NCBI GenBank assembly: GCA_963772835.1
Contig: CAVYYZ010000003.1
Coordinates: forward strand, 192,001-256,000
Direction: 5' to 3'
Length of the DNA stretch: 64,000 nucleotides
Source: an uncultured delta proteobacterium
Lineage (GTDB): Bacteria > Desulfobacterota > Desulfuromonadia > Geobacterales > Pseudopelobacteraceae
Shown here: piece after piece, positions 31,807 through 42,324 of the stretch
How positions within the stretch are numbered: the first letter of the stretch is position 1
How the letters are laid out: every line of letters begins with the position of its first letter
Notes under the pieces: generated by a model
Told to the model about the DNA's origin: nothing
What the model saw: only the letters and a program-made list of their open reading frames with translations
Databases searched by the model: none
Position numbers and translations under genes: made by a program

Positions 31807-33077
31807 CTGATATGTATACATTAGAACTTAAAGACATTGTGCACACCTTGAGAACCGAAAGCACGGTATACCTCATAGTTTTGTTGTATCTGTTTTTTGA
31901 ATATGTAAGGCCTCAAAGCTTATATCCGGCCATAGATATTATTCCGTATGGCAAGATAATCATATCTATGTGCCTGATATTGTACCTCCTGCAAAAAAAG
32001 AGAAATGATGTAAGCAACACAGCAAATATATTAATGGTCTTATTTTTATCTGTAATTCTGATGTCGTCATTTTTTGCGCTTTCTCTTGAATTATCCATGT
32101 CCTATTGGTCAGATTTCATTGCGTGGATGCTTGTTTATTACCTGATAACTAACATTGTAAACACAGAAAAAAGATTTCTTATCTTCATTCTACTCTTCCT
32201 TTTGTGCAGCTTTAAAATGGCCCAATTCAGCACCAGAGGTTGGATTGCGGGAGGAAGAGGATATTCGACGTACGGGTTTGGAGGAGGACCGGGGTGGTTT
32301 CATAATTCGGGCGAATTCGGTATTCAAATGTGCATTTTTTTCCCGCTCGCCTTCTATTTCTACCTTTCTTTAAAAAATTTATGGCCAAAATGGAAAAAGA
32401 TCATGTTTTCTCTTATACCCATTACCGGTTTTCTGGGCTTAATAACCAGTTCAAATCGGGGGTCCTTAGTAGGGGGAGCTGCGGTCGTATTCTGGATGTT
32501 CCTCAAAAGCAGATACAGGGTAAAGGCGTTGTGTGGTCTGCTTCTTGTCGGAGTTCTGGCGTTCAAGCTTGTACCGGCGGAACAGATCACCCGTTTCCAG
32601 GAGGCCGGTGAGGACAAAACCTCCGTTTCAAGGCTTGATAACTGGAAAAAAGGTTTAAAAATGGCAGAGATGTATCCTGTATTTGGAGTTGGTTACAAAA
32701 ACTGGCAGGTTGCGGACAGGGAAATTTTTGATGGTAATGGTCTTTTATCGCACAACATTTTTGTAGAATGCCTCTCTGAGCTTGGTTACGTTGGCCTTAC
32801 TGTATTTGTACTGCTGATATATTCTACATTTTCAAATAATCACCAAACAAGAAAAATTGCGTTGAAAAACGAATTAAATGAAAATAAATTTATATATTAC
32901 ATGGCTCACGGGTTGGATGCAGCGTTAATTGGATATCTCGTTAGTGGATTTTTTGTCACAGTTCTGTTCTACCCATATTTCTGGATCAATCTATCAATGA
33001 CAGTGGCGTTGAACCACATTGCGAAATCAAGATATCAACCAAGTGATATAGGTAGTTCAACAAGGTCAAGAGCATAA
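31803..33077 (+). CDS. O-antigen ligase/Wzy-like polytopic membrane protein
   Basis: About 10-12 TMs, SSNRGSLVG, PVFGVG, HNIFVECLSELGYVG. Confidence 0.85.
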   Translation: MTDMYTLELKDIVHTLRTESTVYLIVLLYLFFEYVRPQSLYPAIDIIPYGKIIISMCLILYLLQKKRNDVSNTANILMVLFLSVILMSSFFALSLELSMSYWSDFIAWMLVYYLITNIVNTEKRFLIFILLFLLCSFKMAQFSTRGWIAGGRGYSTYGFGGGPGWFHNSGEFGIQMCIFFPLAFYFYLSLKNLWPKWKKIMFSLIPITGFLGLITSSNRGSLVGGAAVVFWMFLKSRYRVKALCGLLLVGVLAFKLVPAEQITRFQEAGEDKTSVSRLDNWKKGLKMAEMYPVFGVGYKNWQVADREIFDGNGLLSHNIFVECLSELGYVGLTVFVLLIYSTFSNNHQTRKIALKNELNENKFIYYMAHGLDAALIGYLVSGFFVTVLFYPYFWINLSMTVALNHIAKSRYQPSDIGSSTRSRA

Positions 33078-33276
33078 TAATGGCATTAAACTGATTGTAA
33101 AAAATGAGTCTGTCCACCAACTTTTTCCCGGAGTAGAATCGTTTCAGTGCATGAAAAAAAGTTCATTTTAGTCCGTATAAATTTATATCAGTAATTTAAA
33201 TGATCATCATCTCTGTCTGCAATGAAAGACATTGCCTGATGGCTCTTAGAATATTACTTATTAATAGGGGGTAATA

Positions 33277-34320
33277 ATGCTATCTGAATTATATGCCTGT
33301 CCCGTTTGTAGTGAAAACCTTGAACAGGAGAATTCAAGTTATCGATGCATTTCTTGCATGGAGGAATTCCCGATTATTGAAAATATTCCTATTTTTGGCG
33401 ATTTAAGTACTTATTATGGGGAAGTCGAGCGTAATACAATGACGGAACTGATTAGGACGACGGTTCTAGATGGCCACGAAAAGGCGATTTCCAACATAAT
33501 TAAGGATCCTTTTGTCGTGAAATACGTGCTTGATGAAAGTCGAGCTTTATGGACTAACTTTCTACCAATCGATCATCATACAAAGTTTCTTGATGTAGGT
33601 TGCGGATGGGGAACGTTGTCTATCCCTATTGCCAGAATAGCCGGCCATGTGACCGCAATAGATGCCACTATGGAGCGCGTTAAATTTGTGGAAATAAGGG
33701 CTCAGCACAGTGGTATATCCAATATATCACCTGTGTTAGGTTCAGCAACTGCTCTCCCTTTTCCTAGGGAAAGTTTCGATATGATTGCATTTAATGGCGT
33801 TTTGGAATGGTTGGGAGCAATAAATACAAAAGAATCTCCTTATAAGATTCAGATTCAGGCTTTGAGGGAAGCCTATAGGGTACTTAAACCTGGAGGTCTT
33901 ATCTATGTCGGCATTGAAAATCGATATAGTCTTAGATATTTTCTCGGTCAAGTTGACGATCACAGCTTCCTAAGATTCACAAGTCTTATGCCAAGATGGA
34001 TGGCCCAAGCATATTACAAAATGAGAACATCAAATAATTATTTTATGCATACTCATTCTTTGCCTGAATATCGCAAAATGCTCAACTCTTCTGGATTCAC
34101 CAAAGTAAAAGAATATCACCCTTGGCCAACATACCGAAATCCAACAGAATTCGCTGAGCTTGAATATCGCTCAATTTTGAAACATTTACGTGAAAAAGCA
34201 CAACTTGAGCATGTACCTAATAGGAAATGGATATATATTCAATTATTAAAGGCTATTACTGCTATAGATAAACAAGGTTTATTCTGCCATTCCTTTTCTT
34301 TTATCTATAAAAAGCTATGA
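33277..34320 (+). CDS. Class I SAM-dependent methyltransferase with N-terminal Trm112-like Cys motif
   Basis: CPVC...CISC; LDVGCGWG; LPFPRESFD; RVLKPGG. Confidence 0.88.
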   Translation: MLSELYACPVCSENLEQENSSYRCISCMEEFPIIENIPIFGDLSTYYGEVERNTMTELIRTTVLDGHEKAISNIIKDPFVVKYVLDESRALWTNFLPIDHHTKFLDVGCGWGTLSIPIARIAGHVTAIDATMERVKFVEIRAQHSGISNISPVLGSATALPFPRESFDMIAFNGVLEWLGAINTKESPYKIQIQALREAYRVLKPGGLIYVGIENRYSLRYFLGQVDDHSFLRFTSLMPRWMAQAYYKMRTSNNYFMHTHSLPEYRKMLNSSGFTKVKEYHPWPTYRNPTEFAELEYRSILKHLREKAQLEHVPNRKWIYIQLLKAITAIDKQGLFCHSFSFIYKKL

Positions 34321-34501
34321 TTTTATATGCTTATTGAATTGATTGTTTTGGGTTCTTTTCACCATAAGTACCATCTTTCTTGAGATCTGAAAAAGTTGCC
34401 GAATTATCAAAGGGCTCTTTATACACAGACCACTTCTTTAGTCAGATCTTAATGGAGGATGATGGATGACTTGTACGTTGTAATGAATCGCCACCAGTTA
34501 T

Positions 34502-35374
34502 CTAGACACTTCCTGTTTTCAAGAAGTGACGTTTTTCAAACTCAACCGGTGACAGGTCGTCATTGTAGCCATGACGACGGATCGGATTGTAGAACATTTC
34601 GATGTAATTGAAAATGTCTTGTCTGGCTTCTTCCCGATTTTTGTAAGTTTTGCGCTTGATTCGTTCACGTTTGAGCAACTGGAAGAAACTCTCAGCAACC
34701 GCGTTGTCGTAGCAGTTGCCGCGACGACTCATGCTGCAAACCAGATTGTGTGATTTCAAAAACGCCTGCCAATCACTACTGGTGTACTGGCTACCCTGGT
34801 CGGAATGAATCACAACCCCGTTCTTTGGTTTACGTTTCCAGACTGCCATCAACAAAGCATTGAGTGCCAGATCGACGTGCATCGTGGGCCGCATTGACCA
34901 ACCGACGACCTGCCGTGAAAACAGGTCGATCACAACGGCCAGAAACAGCCAGCCTTCGTACGTGCGAATGTAGGTAATGTCAGTCACCCAGACCTGATTT
35001 GGTTGCTGGACATCAAAGTCCTGCTGGAGGTGGTTCTCTGCAATGCTGGCTACCTTGCCGCCCTTATATCTTGGTTTCCGGTAGCCGACTTGAGCTTTAA
35101 GGCCATCCTGCTTCATCAGGCGGGCTACGTGGTTCTTGCCGCAGATTTCACCAAGCTCGCGCAGGTCGCTATGGATTTTACGATAGCCATAGACGCAGCC
35201 GCTTTCCAGCCAGAACTGCTTGATGAGTCCCAACAGCCTCTCGTCGTCTTTCTGCCGTGCTGACGCAGGTTGCTTGAGCCAGGCGTAGTAGCCACTGCGA
35301 TGAACTCTCATCATGTGGCAGAGATTGCGAATTGCAAACTCGTCTTGATGCGCTCGGATAAAAGCGTACCTCAC
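34502..35374 (-). CDS. IS3-family transposase OrfB (DDE core)
   Basis: WVTDITY, HSDQGSQY, GNCYDNAVAESFF; GTGA overlap with orfA stop; A6G motif near 35404-35410. Confidence 0.93.
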   Translation of the reverse strand: MRYAFIRAHQDEFAIRNLCHMMRVHRSGYYAWLKQPASARQKDDERLLGLIKQFWLESGCVYGYRKIHSDLRELGEICGKNHVARLMKQDGLKAQVGYRKPRYKGGKVASIAENHLQQDFDVQQPNQVWVTDITYIRTYEGWLFLAVVIDLFSRQVVGWSMRPTMHVDLALNALLMAVWKRKPKNGVVIHSDQGSQYTSSDWQAFLKSHNLVCSMSRRGNCYDNAVAESFFQLLKRERIKRKTYKNREEARQDIFNYIEMFYNPIRRHGYNDDLSPVEFEKRHFLKTGSV

Positions 35375-35650
35375 CGGGATTCTTTGGCGAAGTACGCGGT
35401 GGCCTTTTTTAGGATGTCTCGTTCTTCTGTAACTCGCTTCAGTTCAGCTCTGAGCCTTTTGATTTCGGCCTGCTGATCGACCAAAGGGGAAGCAGTGCTG
35501 TGAGCCCTGACTGTACTTCTTAACCCAGGCATACAGACTGTGAGTGGTGACGCCCAATCGTTTGGCAACATCGTAGACTGAATGGCCTCGTTCCGTGATT
35601 TGTTTGACTGCTTCTAGCTTGAATTCTTCGGCGTAACGCTTGTCGCTCAT
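35371..35650 (-). pseudogene. IS3-family OrfA (HTH), frameshifted
   Basis: MSDKRYAEEFKLEAV...WVKKY and EIKRLRAELKRVTEERDILKKATAYF lie in different frames; span 280 bp is not a multiple of 3. Confidence 0.75.
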
Positions 35651-35797
35651 GTAATCCTCCTGAAGTCATTTTATATAACTCAGGAGTGTCTAAGAAACTA
35701 GGGGCGATTCAGTAAAAATAAAAGAGTTATGGGCTTACCTAAATTGTGTGTACCCGTTTTTGGTCGACTATATGTACCTGTAACTGGAACAACTTCT

Positions 35798-36811
35798 ATG
35801 ATGATCAATATTAAGCGTTTTATATCCGATGTATTATCTGCGAATGGAATACACTCCATGTTGGAACATTATTGCCTGTCCGATAAGGCTTTTATTCTAA
35901 TGTATCACCGGGTAATGAGTTCCCATTCAGAATTGCCATACTTTGTTCAGCCAGGCATGTATGTAACTACTGATTCTTTTGAGAAGCAGATCGTTTATTT
36001 AAAGGGGAAATATAAAGTAATTTTCTTAGAAGATTTGGTTATAAAGATGAAAAAAGGTGAAGAAGTAGGCGGTTTTTGTGCGATTACATTTGATGATGGG
36101 TGGCATGATAATTTTACTGATGTATTTAAAATACTTAAAAAATACCAGGTACCTGCTACCATTTTTATTGCGACTGGGTTTGTGGGAACTGAAAATGTTT
36201 TTTGGCCGGAAGAAATTTGCTATTGCCTTGAAAAATTCATAACAAGTAAATCAAATCTCAATGATTCGCCGTCTTCTGTAAATAGTTTTATAAAAGAAAT
36301 ATCTCATTTTCGTGCGTGTGTTCGGGAGGAATTCTTTGAAAAATCGGTAGAAACACTAAAAGTATACTTACCGGACAAGAGGGATGAAATTCTTGAATAT
36401 TTCAAAAATGTCTATAAAAACGAAAAGTTGCCGAGACAGATGCTGAGTTGGAGTGAAATAAAGGAAATGTATGTGAGTGGTTTGATAAATTTGGGTGCAC
36501 ATACAGAGAATCACGTAATTCTTGATCAAGTATCACGTGAATCAGCTATTGATGAAATTTCTAAGTCCCGCTTAGAAATTGAAAGACAAATCGGCGTGAA
36601 GGTCAAAACTTTTGCCTTTCCAAATGGGAATCAGAATAAAAGTATTAGAACTATCCTTTCCGAACAAGGTTTTGATGCTGCCGTAACGACACTTAAAGGA
36701 TTTGTAGCAAAAAATACGCCACTTATGGAAATTCCCAGAATCGGTATGCACGAAGATGTGTGTAACACCATACCGATGTTCAGATCTCGAATCTTATTTA
36801 ATAAATTTTGA
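35798..36811 (+). CDS. Polysaccharide deacetylase (CE4/NodB family)
   Basis: ILMYHRV, ITFDDGW, GAHTENH, FAFPNG; start uncertain (35729-35801). Confidence 0.88.
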   Translation: MMINIKRFISDVLSANGIHSMLEHYCLSDKAFILMYHRVMSSHSELPYFVQPGMYVTTDSFEKQIVYLKGKYKVIFLEDLVIKMKKGEEVGGFCAITFDDGWHDNFTDVFKILKKYQVPATIFIATGFVGTENVFWPEEICYCLEKFITSKSNLNDSPSSVNSFIKEISHFRACVREEFFEKSVETLKVYLPDKRDEILEYFKNVYKNEKLPRQMLSWSEIKEMYVSGLINLGAHTENHVILDQVSRESAIDEISKSRLEIERQIGVKVKTFAFPNGNQNKSIRTILSEQGFDAAVTTLKGFVAKNTPLMEIPRIGMHEDVCNTIPMFRSRILFNKF

Positions 36812-36821
36812 GAAGGATACT

Positions 36822-38027
36822 ATGAACATTTTGGTGACAGACGGCGAAAACAGATCTTCCTTAGCAGTAACACGATCACTTGGAAGAAAGGGGTGTACCA
36901 TTATTGCCGTTGGAAGGTCCGCTAATGACATTTCATTCAGTTCCAAGTTTTGCCATAAGGCATATTTAGTACCGGATCCATTGACTGATGGAATGAATTA
37001 TCTTCATGCAATATCGGAGATAGTCGCCAAGGAGCGTATAAATGTCATCTTCCCTATGACTGAACAGTCGGTTTACTGCCTCAATAAATCCAGAAATATT
37101 TTGGGACAGAATGTTATTCTTGCATGTGCTCCACCAGATAAAATGGAGGCGGTTTCTAACAAGTACACACTATTCAAAACTGCTGAAAAACTTGGAGTTG
37201 ATGTGCCAAAAACTAATTATGTGGCAGATATCGGCGATTTCTACAAAATTAAAAACAAAATTAAAGTTTTCCCAGTGGTTGTGAAACCGGCCTTTTCTAA
37301 AATTCAGGATGGAGATAAGATCTTCTCCACCGGGGTAATGTTTGCAGCTAACCAAGCCGAGTTGAATCATTTGTATGAGTCTCAACCGGTATTACGTTAT
37401 CCATCATTGATCCAGGAAATGATTACTGGCATTGGCACCGGGTTATTCACTTTGTTTGACCAAGATCGACACTTAGTTCTCTTTTCACATCGTCGTCTTC
37501 TGGAAAAGCCGCCATCGGGCGGAGTAAGCGTGTTATCAGAGAGTATTGCCGTTGAAAATGATATGGTCGAAGCTTCACGTAAATTATTATCAAATGTTCA
37601 TTGGACTGGTATTGCCATGGTCGAGTTCAAAAGAGACGTTCGGGATGGTCGACCGAAGTTGATGGAGATTAATGGTAGGTTTTGGGGGTCATTGCAGTTA
37701 GCAATTTCTTCTGGCGTCGATTTCCCTGAATTATGCCTTGACTACTACCTCGGCAAAAAGAAGATTTTTACGATGCCTGATTACACTGTAGGACATAAGT
37801 TGAAATGGTCCTTCGGTATATTAGACCATATGATTATTCGTCTAAAAAAAAGACACACGTCTCAAAACCTCCATCCGGAAGTCTTTACAATCTGGCAAGT
37901 AGCAAAAGAATTATTGGAGTTCGGTTCTTTGAATTCTTCTTCTGATGTTTTTGACATCAGAGATTTAATGCCGTTTGTTGCAGAGTCTAAGGAGTACATA
38001 AAAAATTTATTAGGGGCGAATCGTTGA
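36822..38027 (+). CDS. ATP-grasp carboxylate-amine ligase-like protein
   Basis: ILVTDGENRSSLAVTRSLG, PVVVKP, EKPPSGG, MVEFK, MEINGRFWGS. Confidence 0.85.
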   Translation: MNILVTDGENRSSLAVTRSLGRKGCTIIAVGRSANDISFSSKFCHKAYLVPDPLTDGMNYLHAISEIVAKERINVIFPMTEQSVYCLNKSRNILGQNVILACAPPDKMEAVSNKYTLFKTAEKLGVDVPKTNYVADIGDFYKIKNKIKVFPVVVKPAFSKIQDGDKIFSTGVMFAANQAELNHLYESQPVLRYPSLIQEMITGIGTGLFTLFDQDRHLVLFSHRRLLEKPPSGGVSVLSESIAVENDMVEASRKLLSNVHWTGIAMVEFKRDVRDGRPKLMEINGRFWGSLQLAISSGVDFPELCLDYYLGKKKIFTMPDYTVGHKLKWSFGILDHMIIRLKKRHTSQNLHPEVFTIWQVAKELLEFGSLNSSSDVFDIRDLMPFVAESKEYIKNLLGANR

Positions 38028-39133
38028 TACGTCTTTTGCACACCATTGATACCACCGGGCCTGGTGGGGCTGAGACTGTCTTTGTGAATCTGATTATGGG
38101 ATTAGATCGACAGAAGTTTGAATCTACGGTCGTCATTAGAGGGTCGGGATGGGTTTGTGATGAGCTTGTTAAAAACGGTATAACCCCTCAATTTATATAC
38201 AGCAAGGGGTCTATTAACCTTAAATACCTTTTTGAACTTGTTAAAATTATTAAAAAAAATAAGATTGACTTAGTGCAGTCCCATTTGTTGGGTTCTAATC
38301 TGTATTGCAGTCTTGCTGGTCTTATTTGTGGTGTAACCGTTGTATCAACTTTTCATGGCTTTGTGGATATTCAAGCAAAAGAACGATTTTCACTGATAAA
38401 AAGTTGGCTTATCAACCTTGGGTCAACAAAACTGGTTTTTGTTTCGGATAAATTGAAAGACTTTTATATATCTGAAAAGGGGTTCTCAGCAAGAAAGTCG
38501 ATTACCATTTACAACGGAGTTGATACGACTCGCTTTAAGCCTCAACAGGATAACAGTATTAAAAAAAGACTAGGCTTGGGGCCTAATAATGTTTTGGTGG
38601 GATCTGTCGGAAATGTTCGGGCAGCTAAAGGGTACAATTATCTACTAGAAGCAGCAAAACTAGTGGTAAATCAATATCCACAATTTCGTTTTGTAGTAGC
38701 GGGTCAGGGTTCCGGTAAACTATATGAAAGTTTGCTGGATTTGAGAAAAGAACTGGAGTTGGAAGATCATTTCTTTTTTTTAGGATTTGAGCCAGATGTT
38801 GCAAAGTTCATGAATAACCTCGATATTTTCGTGTTGTCTTCCGTTTCTGAAGGATTTTCAATTTCGACAATTGAAGCAATGGCTTGCGGAGTTCCAGTGA
38901 TTGCAACATGTAGCGGGGGGCCAGAAGAAATCGTTATTCATTTGGAAAATGGATTTTTGGTAGATGTATGCAATCCTGAAAGCATTGCGGAAAATATAAT
39001 GTCATTATTTAAAAATAAAACTATTAGACAGCACATTATAACGAAAAGCACGGAATGTGTTAAAGCATTCTATTCTGATAAATTAATGCTCTACAAATAT
39101 GTAAATATTTATGATTCAGTACTGCTAATTTAA
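38024..39133 (+). CDS. Glycosyltransferase family 4
   Basis: GPGGAE, IYNGVD, SVSEGFSISTIEAMACGVP. Confidence 0.9.
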   Translation: MIRLLHTIDTTGPGGAETVFVNLIMGLDRQKFESTVVIRGSGWVCDELVKNGITPQFIYSKGSINLKYLFELVKIIKKNKIDLVQSHLLGSNLYCSLAGLICGVTVVSTFHGFVDIQAKERFSLIKSWLINLGSTKLVFVSDKLKDFYISEKGFSARKSITIYNGVDTTRFKPQQDNSIKKRLGLGPNNVLVGSVGNVRAAKGYNYLLEAAKLVVNQYPQFRFVVAGQGSGKLYESLLDLRKELELEDHFFFLGFEPDVAKFMNNLDIFVLSSVSEGFSISTIEAMACGVPVIATCSGGPEEIVIHLENGFLVDVCNPESIAENIMSLFKNKTIRQHIITKSTECVKAFYSDKLMLYKYVNIYDSVLLI

Positions 39134-39155
39134 TTCTGACCACTATGGCTATACT

Positions 39156-40121
39156 TTGAGTGCTGATTCCTTACCTAAAGGAGATGTAATTCTGAAAAAT
39201 ATCTCTGTAATAATTCCTTGTTTTAATGAGATTGACACAATAGCTTTAGTTATTACGTCTGTCAATCTAGCTCTCAGAGAAGCGAATTTCTGTTTTGAGA
39301 TTGTTGTTGTCGACAACGGTTCTACTGACGGAAGTGATACTGTTGCCAATAATAATAAGGCTAAAGTTATTTATAGTGGTGCCACCACTGTATCTGGAGT
39401 CAGAAATATGGGGGTTATCTCATCAAGAGGTGAAATTCTTGTTTTTTTAGATGCAGATATTATTGTCCAACCACAATGGGGGCAATCTCTTCGATCTGTT
39501 TATAATTGTATAGTAGAAAACGATAATTTTATAACTGGTTCACATCCGCATGTTCCGAATAATATCAGGCCCTTATTTTTTTCCTGGTATAAATGTATAT
39601 CTGAAGACTTACGAAACACCCATCTAGGGTCTGGTCATATGATTGTTTCTAGAAAAACGTTTAACAAACTTGGTGGTTTTGATGAAAACCTTGTTACGGG
39701 CGAAGATTATGATTTTTGTCAAAGGGCAAAAAAGAATGATGTGAACGTAATAACTAATACTGAATTAGTTGTTTATCATCTAGGCTACCCAAATAATATG
39801 ATTGAATTTGTAAAAAGAGAAATATGGCATGGGAGAGGTGATTGTATTACTTTGAGCAAATTCTTCAGCTCAAAAGTTTCTATGTCTGGGGTTATTTTTC
39901 TATTATTGAATCTATTGTTATTACCGGCACTGTTTTATGACGTAAAATTTTTTTTCGGGATTATTTTAGCTTTATTAGTAATGGCTATAACTGTAAATTT
40001 ATACAAGTTCGGAATAGGTGACTATCGTTCGTTATTCAATAGAAGTATTGTTGCTTATGTCTATCTTTTGAGTAGGGGGCTATCTTTGTTGGTTTCTTTT
40101 TCGAACAGTATCAGATCTTGA
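39156..40121 (+). CDS. Glycosyltransferase family 2 with C-terminal TMs
   Basis: SVIIPCFNE, VVDNGSTD, FLDAD, GGFDE...GEDYD; start uncertain. Confidence 0.85.
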   Translation: MSADSLPKGDVILKNISVIIPCFNEIDTIALVITSVNLALREANFCFEIVVVDNGSTDGSDTVANNNKAKVIYSGATTVSGVRNMGVISSRGEILVFLDADIIVQPQWGQSLRSVYNCIVENDNFITGSHPHVPNNIRPLFFSWYKCISEDLRNTHLGSGHMIVSRKTFNKLGGFDENLVTGEDYDFCQRAKKNDVNVITNTELVVYHLGYPNNMIEFVKREIWHGRGDCITLSKFFSSKVSMSGVIFLLLNLLLLPALFYDVKFFFGIILALLVMAITVNLYKFGIGDYRSLFNRSIVAYVYLLSRGLSLLVSFSNSIRS

Positions 40122-40165
40122 ATAGATATATAGATTGATTATCTATAAGGTTAAATGGTGCTGCT

Positions 40166-42142
40166 ATGTGTGGTATCGCAGGAATCATTGCCAAAAATAA
40201 TATTAATTATCAAACTTTAATAGAAATAGCGAATGCTATGGCGAGCACTCTTCTCCATCGTGGTCCCGATGCTCATGGTGTATGGGGTGATCCACAGTAT
40301 TCAATTGCATTATCCCACCGTCGTTTATCCATTCAAGACTTATCATCTGCCGGTCATCAACCAATGTCCTCTAACAGCGGGCGTTTCTTCATTGTTTTCA
40401 ATGGAGAAATCTACAATTTCAGAACCCTTGCCGAGGAATTACGTCAACTTGGTCACCAATTTCGAGGGCATTCTGATACTGAGGTGCTTTTAGCGGCATT
40501 TGAAGAGTGGGGCATTGGGGTAACACTACAGCGGAGTCGAGGCATGTTTGCTATGGCGATATGGGACAGGCAATCATGCGAATTAATTCTATGTCGCGAC
40601 CGGCTGGGAGAAAAACCACTTTTTTTCGGGTGGATCAATAAATGTTTTGTCTTCGCTTCAGAACTGAAGGCATTTAGAAATGTTTTTAATGGTGCATTAA
40701 TTATTGATGATAACGCTTTAGCAGCCTATTTTCGATACGGTTACGTGCCCACACCCCACTCTATTTTCAAAAACATTTTCAAGTTATTACCGGGGACTTA
40801 CCTGCGAATACCCCTGCCTCTCCCCGATGTGAGTGAGTTTAATCCTTTGCCCGACAAAAACTTCCTTTCACCTCAGCCGTACTGGAATGTCGAGACCATT
40901 GCCCGCCAGGGCCTTAACAACCTTATTTTGGATGAGCATGAGGCTATTTCGATCCTCGATTCGTTGCTCAGAGATGCGATCGGCCATCAAAAAATCGCAG
41001 ATGTTCCGATCGGAGCCTTTCTTTCCGGAGGTGTGGACTCATCCCTTGTTGCTGCCGTTATGCAGGCAATAGCAGATAAACCCATCAGCACATTTACTAT
41101 AGGTTTCAAGGAAAAGGAATTCGACGAAGCCCCGTACGCGCGCGCCGTTGCCCAGTATATTGGTAGTGATCATCAAGAATATTATGTTTCAGCCAATGAT
41201 GGTTTGGCTTTGGTTGAGGACATACCCCGGTATTGTGATGAGCCTTTTGCTGACTCATCACAGATTCCGTCGATGTTTGTTGCCAAAATGGCACGTCAGA
41301 AAGTCACCGTATGTCTTACCGGCGATGGTGGGGATGAATTATTTTGCGGATATAATCGCTATTTTGCGTGCGCAAACATCTTGTCTTTGCAGAAGCGTGT
41401 GCCGTATTTTTTACGAAAGCTAGTCGGTAAATCCATAGCCACGATTCCACCACGGGTTTGGCAAGACAGTTACTTGCTCTACAAACGGCTCATGCATGAT
41501 AAACATACTCAGGCCAATGTTGGATTGAAGGTTCATAAACTGGCCGCTCTGATACGCATGAACTCAAAGTATGAAGCCTATCGCTTTTTGATGTCCTACT
41601 GGCAAGAGCCCGGTGATATCCTGAAATATTCTCGGGAAGTAACCTCAATTCTAGATCGTGACTCCAGCCCGATGCTCGGTAACTTTATTAATGATGCAAT
41701 GTACTGGGATCAGCTGGGATATTTGATTGACGACAATCTGGTGAAGGGGGATCGTTCCAGTATGGCATACGGTCTCGAAACACGGTTGCCGTTATTGGAT
41801 CATCGTATCGTTGAATTTTCCTGGCGATTGCCACTTGCAATGAAATTCAGAAACGGCAAAAGCAAATGGCTGTTACGTCAAGTGCTCAATCGTTATGTAC
41901 CAAAAAACCTAATTGAAAGACCTAAAATGGGATTTACAGTTCCCGTTGGAGACTGGCTAAGAGGACCATTGAAATCATGGGCCGGCGATTTGCTGCATTC
42001 GGAAAGCTCCAGTTGTGTTGGCGTGTTGAATGAGATAAATATCCAGCGTGTCTGGAAAGAACATCAGAACAGTAGCCACGATCATTCACACAAACTTTGG
42101 GCACTCTGTATGTGGCTGGCCTGGGTCGAACAAAAATATTAG
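40166..42142 (+). CDS. asnB: Asparagine synthase (glutamine-hydrolysing)-family amidotransferase
   Basis: MCGIAG Ntn start, HRGPD, FNGEIYNF, FLSGGVDSS, GDGGDELFCGY; within a glycan cluster so probably a glycan amidotransferase. Confidence 0.92.
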   Translation: MCGIAGIIAKNNINYQTLIEIANAMASTLLHRGPDAHGVWGDPQYSIALSHRRLSIQDLSSAGHQPMSSNSGRFFIVFNGEIYNFRTLAEELRQLGHQFRGHSDTEVLLAAFEEWGIGVTLQRSRGMFAMAIWDRQSCELILCRDRLGEKPLFFGWINKCFVFASELKAFRNVFNGALIIDDNALAAYFRYGYVPTPHSIFKNIFKLLPGTYLRIPLPLPDVSEFNPLPDKNFLSPQPYWNVETIARQGLNNLILDEHEAISILDSLLRDAIGHQKIADVPIGAFLSGGVDSSLVAAVMQAIADKPISTFTIGFKEKEFDEAPYARAVAQYIGSDHQEYYVSANDGLALVEDIPRYCDEPFADSSQIPSMFVAKMARQKVTVCLTGDGGDELFCGYNRYFACANILSLQKRVPYFLRKLVGKSIATIPPRVWQDSYLLYKRLMHDKHTQANVGLKVHKLAALIRMNSKYEAYRFLMSYWQEPGDILKYSREVTSILDRDSSPMLGNFINDAMYWDQLGYLIDDNLVKGDRSSMAYGLETRLPLLDHRIVEFSWRLPLAMKFRNGKSKWLLRQVLNRYVPKNLIERPKMGFTVPVGDWLRGPLKSWAGDLLHSESSSCVGVLNEINIQRVWKEHQNSSHDHSHKLWALCMWLAWVEQKY

Positions 42143-42324
42143 CATATCTGTAAAGCCGAGATAAGCTGAGAAAAGTGGACTCATTCTGTGTGATTGCAAC
42201 TTTACCACACGCATTGTGTCCACGTTTTCTCAAACTTCCTGAACCTGTTTATATTCAAAACATCTGCTGATGTGGTTCTGACCTTTTCTTCAAAAAATTA
42301 CAGCCAAAAAATAAGGCCCTTAAA

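Larger units (their letters stand above)
34484..35711 (-). mobile_element. IS3-family insertion sequence (1228 bp)
   Basis: Terminal IRs TGAATCGCCaccagttatctAGACACT / TGAATCGCCcctagtttcttAGACACT; 4-bp direct repeat GTAA at 34480-34483 and 35712-35715; orfA/orfB. Confidence 0.95.
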
